DNA from: Sulfurimonadaceae bacterium
GTDB lineage: Bacteria; Campylobacterota; Campylobacteria; Campylobacterales; Sulfurimonadaceae
Assembly (NCBI GenBank): GCA_041562555.1
Contig: JBFEXS010000080.1
Location: 1-10,136 of the forward strand
Direction of reading: 5' to 3'
Length of the DNA: 10,136 nt
The notes below the pieces were generated by a model. The model had not been told where the DNA came from, searched no databases, and saw only the letters and a program-made list of their open reading frames with translations. Positions 1 through 6,893 of this stretch are shown here, one piece after another (positions within the stretch are counted from its first letter, which is position 1; each line of letters starts with the position of its first letter). A program made the translations under genes and the position numbers.

Positions 1-2
1 AT

Positions 3-1538
3 AATGAGTTGGATATTATCACTACGATGTTCCCTTTTATGAATAAGGATGAATTGAAAAAGAATTATCTTAAGAAAGATTCCTATTATAATCACCATTT
101 TATTACGGTAGTCGACTTTGTCTCCTATGAGGATGCTATCCCAGTATATTCGAAAATGAATTTAAATGAAAACATCAAACTGCTTCCATCGCCTAAGCGA
201 TATTATCCAAATCGAAAACTTGCGGCGCATATCATCGGCTATGTGGCTAAAGCCAACAAGGAAGATGTGGAAGACAATCTTGTGGCAAAATTGACAGGCT
301 CAACAGGGAAAAGCGGTATCGAGAAGTTCTATAATGAGTTTCTGCAGGGGAAGGCCGGGGAACGTGAAATCAAAGTAAGTGCCTATAACGAAGAAATGGA
401 GGAATTGAGTTTCAAGCCTCCAAAAGAGCACCAGCAACTTAGACTTGCTCTTGACTTAAGGTTGCAACAGCTTTTAGAAGAACTTTTTAAAGACAAGGCT
501 GGTGCAGTCGTTGTTATGGATGTCCATGGAGAGATAATCGCTGCCGGTTCTTACCCAGAATATGACCTTAACACCTTTGTATCGGGTATCTCAAGTACAC
601 GATGGAATGAACTGATTAATGATTTGGATAAACCCTTTACTAATAAGGTTGTGAACGGTCTGTATCCTCCTGGGTCTACAATCAAAACGGGCTTGGGACT
701 TGCCTATGTTACAACATCGAAGATGAGCCCGTGGACGAAATTTGATTGTGAAGGAACTATGCTTCTTGGTAAAAACAATAGAAAATTTCGTTGCTGGAAA
801 CATTCAGGGCACCAAGAGACTGACCTTATTAAAGCGATACGACAATCATGTGACATCTATTTTTATAAAGGTAGTTTACGCGTTGGTATAGCAGAGATGT
901 CCCGTCAGTTAAAGCTTTTCGGTTTGGGGAAAAAGACAGGAGTCGACCTTCCGAACGAATATTTTGGGACAGTGCCAAATCGTGAATGGAAGATGAACAA
1001 GTTTGGTAAACCATGGTATATTGGAGAGACTTTGAACTCTTCGATTGGTCAAGGGGACTTCTTGACAACACCGATGCAGATCGCGCAATTCACCAACCTG
1101 ATGGCAACGGGTAAGTTGGTTAAACCACACTTTGTAAAGAATATAGGTGACGACTATTTTGTACCCACTATCGAAGAGGTTCTGACACCTAAGCAACAGA
1201 AGAGACTTCCTTTGATCCAGCGTGCAATGTGGGAGGTCTGCAATCATCCAAAAGGAACGGCAACACACTATCTGAACTCCAAGATTAAAATAGCCGGTAA
1301 GACAGGAACTGCTCAGGTCGTCGGTATCTCTCAACAGACGAAAAAACGTCTTAAGGAACATGAACTTGCCTATGTACAACGTTCCCATGCATGGTTTACA
1401 ACCTATGGACCTTACAAAAATCCTCAATATGTTGTTACTGTACTGATTGAACATGGGGGACACGGTGGACAGGCAGCAGGACCCATCGTGTCTACTATAT
1501 ATAATAAACTTTTGGAATTAGACTATATTAAGAAATAA
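3..1538 (+). CDS. mrdA: Penicillin-binding protein 2 (class B peptidoglycan D,D-transpeptidase), 5'-truncated by the window edge
   Basis: Frame is open from the window edge (AAT GAG TTG), so TTG at 9 is not the true start. Motifs: RYYP...AHIIGYV, GKSGIEKFY, SxxK (PGSTIK), SxD (QSCD, typical of PBP2), KTG (GKTGTAQ), HAWF, EHGGHG. Confidence 0.95.
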   Translation, partial: NELDIITTMFPFMNKDELKKNYLKKDSYYNHHFITVVDFVSYEDAIPVYSKMNLNENIKLLPSPKRYYPNRKLAAHIIGYVAKANKEDVEDNLVAKLTGSTGKSGIEKFYNEFLQGKAGEREIKVSAYNEEMEELSFKPPKEHQQLRLALDLRLQQLLEELFKDKAGAVVVMDVHGEIIAAGSYPEYDLNTFVSGISSTRWNELINDLDKPFTNKVVNGLYPPGSTIKTGLGLAYVTTSKMSPWTKFDCEGTMLLGKNNRKFRCWKHSGHQETDLIKAIRQSCDIYFYKGSLRVGIAEMSRQLKLFGLGKKTGVDLPNEYFGTVPNREWKMNKFGKPWYIGETLNSSIGQGDFLTTPMQIAQFTNLMATGKLVKPHFVKNIGDDYFVPTIEEVLTPKQQKRLPLIQRAMWEVCNHPKGTATHYLNSKIKIAGKTGTAQVVGISQQTKKRLKEHELAYVQRSHAWFTTYGPYKNPQYVVTVLIEHGGHGGQAAGPIVSTIYNKLLELDYIKK

Positions 1539-1553
1539 GTATGCCCCCAAACC

Positions 1554-2486
1554 TTAAAGGCTATGTAGGGCATTGTTGATAAAAAGAGCTAAAATCAACA
1601 ACAAGAAAACAGCCCCTGCACGATTATAAAGTTTGTTTGCCAAAATAAGAAGCAGGGCGATTGAAGCTGAGATCATAATTGTAATATCGAAAGCATTCTC
1701 TCTCAGATTGATAATCAATGGAGAAATAAGAGATGCCCCTCCCAGTACCATGGAAAAGTTTGCAACGTTTGACCCGATGATGTTTCCGATACTCATGTCC
1801 GCATTTCCCTTTTTTATGGCAACAAGGGAGACAACAAGTTCAGGCAATGAGGTGCCAAGAGAGATAAGGAAAAGACCGATTATCCACTCACTTACGCCAA
1901 ACATTCTTGCTATGTTACTTCCACTTTCCACAACGAAGTTTGCACCACCGATAGTCAAAACAAACCCAATCGCCAAGAGTATTAGCGTTTTGAACCAATT
2001 GAATTTATCTTTGCTCAGTTCCTCTTCATCAATTTCCAGCTCTTCCTTTGCGCTTGAAAAAAGAAAAAGGATATATGCCAACATCAGAAAGAAGAATAAA
2101 AATCCTTCAAAGCGGGAAATAATGCCATCAAAACTCATCAGTAAAAAAAGGATGACAGGCATTAGTATCCATGCACTGTCTTTAGCAAATAGATCGCGAG
2201 TAGGCCGCATTTTTTTTGCAATTAAGAAGACAACCCCCAAAACCAGTGTGATATTAAAACTGACACTACCGATCACGTTTGCAACAGCAAGATCGCTTTT
2301 CTCATGGTATGAAGCGATCATAGATGCGGCCATCTCAGGTAACGAAGTCCCTAGAGCAACAAGGGTGGCCCCAATGACAAAATGAGAGATGTCAAAATGT
2401 AATGCGATACGTTCTGATTCCTTAATGATAAAGTCAGCACCATAGATAAGGGCAGTCATCGCTACAATAAATATAATAAAATCCAT
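1554..2486 (-). CDS. Calcium/sodium antiporter, CaCA family (YrbG-like)
   Basis: Very hydrophobic 310 aa protein with two alpha-repeats (ALGTSLPE and SLGTSLPE...GNIIGSNVAN) and an acidic central loop (EELEIDEEE). SD AAGGA lies in the ybeY 3' end; 2 nt gap to ybeY. Confidence 0.93.
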   Translation of the reverse strand: MDFIIFIVAMTALIYGADFIIKESERIALHFDISHFVIGATLVALGTSLPEMAASMIASYHEKSDLAVANVIGSVSFNITLVLGVVFLIAKKMRPTRDLFAKDSAWILMPVILFLLMSFDGIISRFEGFLFFFLMLAYILFLFSSAKEELEIDEEELSKDKFNWFKTLILLAIGFVLTIGGANFVVESGSNIARMFGVSEWIIGLFLISLGTSLPELVVSLVAIKKGNADMSIGNIIGSNVANFSMVLGGASLISPLIINLRENAFDITIMISASIALLLILANKLYNRAGAVFLLLILALFINNALHSL

Positions 2487-2488
2487 TT

Positions 2489-2908
2489 TTATCCTTGTGT
2501 TCGTATAATGAGGCTATTAGGAAGTTCAAACTTTTCTATAAGCTCTTTCTCTTTTTGACGCATTTGTCCCTCATCCACTTCATGGTCATATCCTAGAAGG
2601 TGTAATAGACCGTGAATAAAAAGAAGACAGAACTCATCATCCTGTGAATGTTTGAAATGTTCTGCAGCTGTTTTAACATGGTCAGCGGAGATTACGAGGC
2701 TACCTAAAGGTGACATCGGATGTTCTTCAAAGGGAAAACTTAATACGTCTGTTGATTTGTCTACACCACGGTGTTCTGAATTGATCTGTCGCATCTCATC
2801 ATCATTTACAATGAGCAGTTCCAGTTCTTTATCCGTAAGTGCAGCATGAATCTTCGTAATTACAGAAAGAGGAATGCTTAAATTACTTTGGTTGTCAATA
2901 TCAATCAT
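2489..2908 (-). CDS. ybeY: rRNA maturation endoribonuclease YbeY
   Basis: Motifs NSEHRGVDKSTDVLSFP and the H3xH5xH metal site HGLLHLLGYDH; size 139 aa is typical. Confidence 0.97.
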   Translation of the reverse strand: MIDIDNQSNLSIPLSVITKIHAALTDKELELLIVNDDEMRQINSEHRGVDKSTDVLSFPFEEHPMSPLGSLVISADHVKTAAEHFKHSQDDEFCLLFIHGLLHLLGYDHEVDEGQMRQKEKELIEKFELPNSLIIRTQG

Positions 2909-2914
2909 AATCGT

Positions 2915-2923
2915 ATTGTATCA
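2915..2923 (-). promoter_or_regulatory. Extended -10 (TG-A-TACAAT) of ybeY
   Basis: Minus strand reads TTCTTAACTGATACAATACGATT-ATG; the hexamer ends 6 nt before the ATG. Confidence 0.6.
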
Positions 2924-2983
2924 GTTAAGAACTAAAAGTAGAGTTTACATGAAGAAAAATAAGTGAAAGTGGACGGGGTGGAG

Positions 2984-3187
2984 CTAAGCTTTAAGGTCTA
3001 GACTAGCTCCTATACCCGTCAAGGAAGCACCGGAAGTCTCTTGTTTTTCCTGAACACGCTCCTGCTGTTGCTGTAACTGCTGAGCACTGTCGTCAAGTAG
3101 TTTGGAAACTGCTTGCTCTTGAACCTCGGTTGCTTTTTTTAGCACTTCCACTTGGGTTTGTACTGATGGTCCGCTTCCAATTTCCAT
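2984..3187 (-). CDS. Small YjfB-like 'putative motility' protein, 67 aa
   Basis: Strong SD AAGGAG 5 nt before the ATG. Pattern VEVLKKAxEVQEQ...KLL plus C-terminal GIGASLDLKA resembles the YjfB_motility family; Gln-rich middle. Confidence 0.75.
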   Translation of the reverse strand: MEIGSGPSVQTQVEVLKKATEVQEQAVSKLLDDSAQQLQQQQERVQEKQETSGASLTGIGASLDLKA

Positions 3188-3209
3188 GCTATCTCCTTAT
3201 TATCATAAT

Positions 3210-3215
3210 AGTATA
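3210..3215 (-). promoter_or_regulatory. Candidate sigma70 -10 (TATACT) for the small YjfB-like gene
   Basis: TATACT lies 22 nt upstream of the ATG, leaving room for a short leader containing the SD. Confidence 0.45.
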
Positions 3216-3318
3216 CTCTAACACAGCAATGCTTACAAGAAGCTATTGTATTCATATTAACTGCCTATCACTTCAACTATTGCCGTTGACTTGCAGTGTA
3301 GTTTAAAGCTGTGTTTTG

Positions 3319-3324
3319 TAGAAT
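3319..3324 (+). promoter_or_regulatory. Candidate -10 (TAGAAT) for the dehydrogenase gene pair
   Basis: TTTAAAGCTGTGTTTTG-TAGAAT ends 31 nt before ATG 3356; SD-like AAGGTG at 3342-3347. Confidence 0.35.
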
Positions 3325-3355
3325 GGTGATCGTATATCATTAAGGTGTTGGTAAA

Positions 3356-3892
3356 ATGAAAAAAATTGATATAAATCGCCGACGTGTGTTAGGAAGTGCC
3401 TTATTGGTAGGTATTGGGGCTTTTTACGGACTGTCTGTGCAACGTGATGTCGTACGAATCTACGCGAAAGAGACACAAGTGCTTCTGCATTTGGCTTATC
3501 ATCTTTTTCCACACTCGCAGATTGGACCGGGAAGTGTGGATTTGCATATAGCGGGCTATTTACATTTTGTGTTAAATGACAAGCGTATCATGAAAGAAGA
3601 TAAGGATTATTTTCTAAAAGGGGGCTATTGGCTTGAGGAGAGTGCCTATGAAGTGTATGAAGCAAGTTTTATCAATCTGAACAAAGAACAAAAAGAGAGT
3701 CTTCTGCAGAGAGTAGTCACAGAAAGATGGGCTGAAAACCTTATATACACCTCCTTGACATACATCTTTGAAGCACTTTTAAGCGCTCCTGTATATGGTT
3801 CAAATATTGATAGCATTGGATGGGATTGGCTTGAGCATAATCCCGGGTTTCCTCAACCAAAGAGTATAGACGAGATTCGCTATGAACTATGA
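3356..3892 (+). CDS. Gluconate 2-dehydrogenase subunit 3 family protein with Tat signal (small/gamma subunit)
   Basis: N-terminal NRRRVL plus hydrophobic h-region; family-like motifs P...GPGS, FINLNKEQKESLL and PVYGSN...GW.WL...PGFP; overlaps the GMC gene by 11 nt. Confidence 0.85.
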   Translation: MKKIDINRRRVLGSALLVGIGAFYGLSVQRDVVRIYAKETQVLLHLAYHLFPHSQIGPGSVDLHIAGYLHFVLNDKRIMKEDKDYFLKGGYWLEESAYEVYEASFINLNKEQKESLLQRVVTERWAENLIYTSLTYIFEALLSAPVYGSNIDSIGWDWLEHNPGFPQPKSIDEIRYEL

Positions 3893-5552
3893 TGTGTGTA
3901 TTATAGGAAGTGGTGCAGGGGCAGCTCCTGTAGCGTATGAGCTGTCTATGGCCGGTTATAAAGTTCTTATACTTGAAAAAGGAGGGTGGTACGAAAGAAA
4001 AGACTTTTTCAAAGATGAGATAGGCGTGTGTCGACGTTCAAGTTTTACTCCCCGTTTGGACGAAGAACAGCATGTCATCGAAGAGGAGAAAGCTGGTGAG
4101 TGGAGTGCTACGCCAACGTCTCAATCCGGATGGGACTTTTGGAATGGCAATATAGTCGGTGGCTCTTCCAACTTCATGAGCGGATATTTTCATCGTATGA
4201 AGCCGAATGACTTCAAACTTAAAAGTATTTACGGAGATGTAAAGGGGGCGAACATAGTAGATTGGCCTATCTCCTATGATGAAATGGAACCCTATTATGC
4301 CAAAGTAGAGGCAATAGTGGGTGTTTCCGGGAGAGTAAAGGATCATCCGTTTTTAGAACCGCGTTCAACAGAGGATTTTCCATATCCACCGACACAGGAG
4401 CATGCAATTTCATCATGGTTTGATCATGCGTGTGATGAACTGGGGATACACAGTATCCCTACTCCAAGAGCAGTGCTTTCATTACCACAAGGTGATCGAA
4501 AATCTTGCGAATACGCGGGATACTGTGGATCATATGGCTGTGCTACCGGTGCAAAAGGCAGTGCAAGGGAAGCTTTGTTGAACAAGGCATTGAAGAGCGG
4601 AAATCTGACTATTAAGGCACATTCATTTGTCTCCCGATTGATAAGTGAAGGACCCAGGGTGGTTGCAGCAGAATATATTAATCAATATGAACAAAAGGAT
4701 CAGGTCAAAGCGAAATTGTTTGTACTGGCTGCACAGGCAATTGAGAGCTCGCGTTTATTACTTAACTCCAAGAGTCGGTTCTTCCCCAATGGGTTGGCAA
4801 ACAATTCAGGACAGGTCGGAAAGAATATGATCTTTTCTGCCGGAGGAAGTGGCAGCGGTGTTTTTTACTATGATGACCTTGATGAAACGGATGCGCAAGA
4901 ACTTAAAACTATCGGACCTTTTGTCAATCGTTCTTTGCAGGATTGGTATGAATTGGATGAGGATGGGCAAAGGATTAAGGGAGGCACGATTGATTTCTTG
5001 TTTGAGCATCCCAATGCAGTCCCCAGAGCAAAACGTGCAATGTATGACGGTGATATTGTATGGGGTGATCAGTTAAAACTACGACTTTTGCACCACTTTA
5101 AGAATCGCCGAGTTTTCAATTTTGAGGTCTTTTGTGACTGGATGCCTACGGATGATTGTTTTGTTGCATTGGATCCTGAGATTAAAGACAAATGGGGGAT
5201 GCCTGTGGCAAAGCTGCGTATAGGTGCCCATGAACATGATCTAAAAATAGGTAAAATATTGGCAAAGAAGTCTGAGAAAGTTCTTAAACAGATGGGAGCA
5301 AAAGAGATCCGATCTTCTATCTCACCGGCACCTCCTCAGAACCTTCAAGCAGGAGGCTGCAGATTTGGGCCGGATCCCAAGGTCTCAGTGCTTGACCCAG
5401 AGTGCAAAGCACATGAAGTGGATAATCTGTATGTTACAGATGGCAGTTTTATGCCTACAGGCGGCTCTGTGCCATTTACATGGACGATCTATGCCAATTC
5501 GTTTCGGGTTGCTGATATAATTCTAAGGAAACTACAAAAGAGAGACGTATGA
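3882..5552 (+). CDS. GMC-family FAD oxidoreductase, large subunit (substrate unknown)
   Basis: YDVCIIGSGAGA FAD-binding fold, VLILEKG, VGGSS, DWPISYDEMEPYY, Cys cluster CEYAGYCGSYGC, LLLNS...GLANNSGQVGKN, GGCRFG, DNLYVTDGSFMPT; no signal peptide. Confidence 0.93.
   Translation: MNYDVCIIGSGAGAAPVAYELSMAGYKVLILEKGGWYERKDFFKDEIGVCRRSSFTPRLDEEQHVIEEEKAGEWSATPTSQSGWDFWNGNIVGGSSNFMSGYFHRMKPNDFKLKSIYGDVKGANIVDWPISYDEMEPYYAKVEAIVGVSGRVKDHPFLEPRSTEDFPYPPTQEHAISSWFDHACDELGIHSIPTPRAVLSLPQGDRKSCEYAGYCGSYGCATGAKGSAREALLNKALKSGNLTIKAHSFVSRLISEGPRVVAAEYINQYEQKDQVKAKLFVLAAQAIESSRLLLNSKSRFFPNGLANNSGQVGKNMIFSAGGSGSGVFYYDDLDETDAQELKTIGPFVNRSLQDWYELDEDGQRIKGGTIDFLFEHPNAVPRAKRAMYDGDIVWGDQLKLRLLHHFKNRRVFNFEVFCDWMPTDDCFVALDPEIKDKWGMPVAKLRIGAHEHDLKIGKILAKKSEKVLKQMGAKEIRSSISPAPPQNLQAGGCRFGPDPKVSVLDPECKAHEVDNLYVTDGSFMPTGGSVPFTWTIYANSFRVADIILRKLQKRDV
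5513..5521 (+). promoter_or_regulatory. Internal extended -10 (TG-A-TATAAT) upstream of queC
   Basis: Perfect TGnTATAAT ending 27 nt before the queC ATG, inside the GMC coding sequence. Confidence 0.55.
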
Positions 5553-6214
5553 GTAAAAAAGCTGTATGTATTATGAGTGGAGGTATGGATTCGACCCTGG
5601 CTGCGTATATGATGAGAGATGAAGGATATGAGATCATTGGTCTACACTTCAATTATGAACAACGTACTCAGACAAAAGAGCTTGATGCTTTTTATAGGAT
5701 ATGCAAAGAACTCGATGTCAAAGACCCTTACGTGGTAAACCTTGATTTTTTTAGTCAGTTAGGCGCATCTGCATTGACGGACAAGAACATAGAAGTACCC
5801 ACTTCAGGGATTGAAGAGGGCGTGCCTGTTACCTATGTGCCCTTTAGAAACGGTATTTTTATTTCACTTGCCACGGCTATTGCTGAAAAAGAGGGAGCAT
5901 CTGCATTGGCTATAGGTGTTGTAGAAGAGGATAGCAGCGGCTATCCGGATTGCAGAGAAGCCTATATAACTTCCATGCAAAAAAGTATCAACCTGGGCAC
6001 AAAAGATGAGACACAATTAGAGATTAAAATGCCTCTGGTCCATCTTCAAAAAGTACAGATCGTCACTGAAGCCGTCAAAAGAGGTGTTGCATTAGAACAT
6101 ACATGGAGTTGCTATCAAAGTGAGGATAAAGCGTGTGGCGTATGTGACAGTTGCAGACTGCGATTAAACGGTTTTAAGAAAGCAGGGGTGGAAGACCCTA
6201 TCGCCTATGCTTGA
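5549..6214 (+). CDS. queC: 7-cyano-7-deazaguanine (preQ0) synthase
   Basis: PP-loop SGGMDS, YEQR, TYVPFRNGIF, GYPDCR, and Zn motif TWSCY...CGVCDSCRLR; ATGA overlap with the GMC stop. Confidence 0.97.
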   Translation: MSKKAVCIMSGGMDSTLAAYMMRDEGYEIIGLHFNYEQRTQTKELDAFYRICKELDVKDPYVVNLDFFSQLGASALTDKNIEVPTSGIEEGVPVTYVPFRNGIFISLATAIAEKEGASALAIGVVEEDSSGYPDCREAYITSMQKSINLGTKDETQLEIKMPLVHLQKVQIVTEAVKRGVALEHTWSCYQSEDKACGVCDSCRLRLNGFKKAGVEDPIAYA

Positions 6215-6893
6215 TCGCTTGTTGAAGCAAAAAGTATTAGATCATATCATCATTGAAAAAACACGTTTTAGTGTCCAACATACGGTACGCAAAAACATGA
6301 AACGATTCATCTTGCGCGTGATGCCGAACCGGCATCTTCATGTAAGTTCTCCAAAATGTTCAGTAAAGCGCGTAGAACGTTTTATTCTTGATAATAGTGC
6401 CTGGATTGTCTCACAGCAGGTAAAGATACGCGACCCTTACGCACAAGGAGAAGATTTTTTCTACCTGGGAAAGGCGTACAAAATCATACATCGTAAAGGA
6501 TCTTTTGAGTTTCATGGCGATGTGCTTTACTTAGATCCGGATTCATCTAAAACACAATGTGATTCATTTTATAAAACTATGGCCAGGACTGCGTTACCTG
6601 AACGTGTAGAGTATTGGGAGAATAAAATGGATGTGAAGGTAAAAGGGCTGGGTTTTCGTCTTGCTAAAGCACGTTGGGGCTCTTGTAACGCATCTGGAAG
6701 AATATCACTAAACCCGTATATGATGAAACTTCCATCGGAATTGATAGATTATATTGTCGTACATGAGCTGTCCCATTTGAGTCACTTAAATCATTCACCT
6801 GCTTTTTATGAACGGGTAGAAGCCTTTTTACCAAACTATAAATCTCTTGAAGCGGGCATCAGGTCTTTTACTCTAGGGAGTCAAGGGCTCTAG
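6207..6893 (+). CDS. YgjP/DUF45-like (M48/SprT-annotated) zinc-dependent hydrolase
   Basis: FFYLGKAY, KARWGSC, ISLN, and DYIVVHELSHLSHLNHSPAFY (HExxH at 6762-6776); 8 nt overlap with queC. Confidence 0.9.
   Translation: MLDRLLKQKVLDHIIIEKTRFSVQHTVRKNMKRFILRVMPNRHLHVSSPKCSVKRVERFILDNSAWIVSQQVKIRDPYAQGEDFFYLGKAYKIIHRKGSFEFHGDVLYLDPDSSKTQCDSFYKTMARTALPERVEYWENKMDVKVKGLGFRLAKARWGSCNASGRISLNPYMMKLPSELIDYIVVHELSHLSHLNHSPAFYERVEAFLPNYKSLEAGIRSFTLGSQGL

Noticed and set aside
591..1463. Three minus-strand ORFs inside mrdA
   Set aside because: Antisense to a conserved gene, with no recognisable protein features.
2210..2217. T8 homopolymer in the antiporter (and A7 at 3359-3365) as phase-variation tracts
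   Set aside because: Short A/T runs are expected in AT-rich DNA, reading frames are intact, and there are no long G/C tracts.
1633..2385. 250 aa plus-strand ORF antisense to the antiporter
   Set aside because: Shadow ORF fully inside a well-supported gene on the opposite strand; no motifs and no convincing SD.
2955..2983. Pyrimidine-rich tract (CTCCACCCCGTCCACTTTCACTT on the minus strand) after the small gene's stop
   Set aside because: Could be a Rho-loading site or an anti-SD-like 3' UTR, but it is short, unstructured and unsupported by other evidence.
3303..5076. Short alternative-frame and antisense ORFs over the dehydrogenase genes
   Set aside because: Nested in supported genes; no motifs or translation signals.
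5549..6214. queC as part of an anti-phage system (Qat, type IV CBASS) or a Dpd DNA-modification island
   Set aside because: Canonical length and motifs; no TatD, ATPase, cyclase, TGT/DpdA or mobile-element genes in the window.
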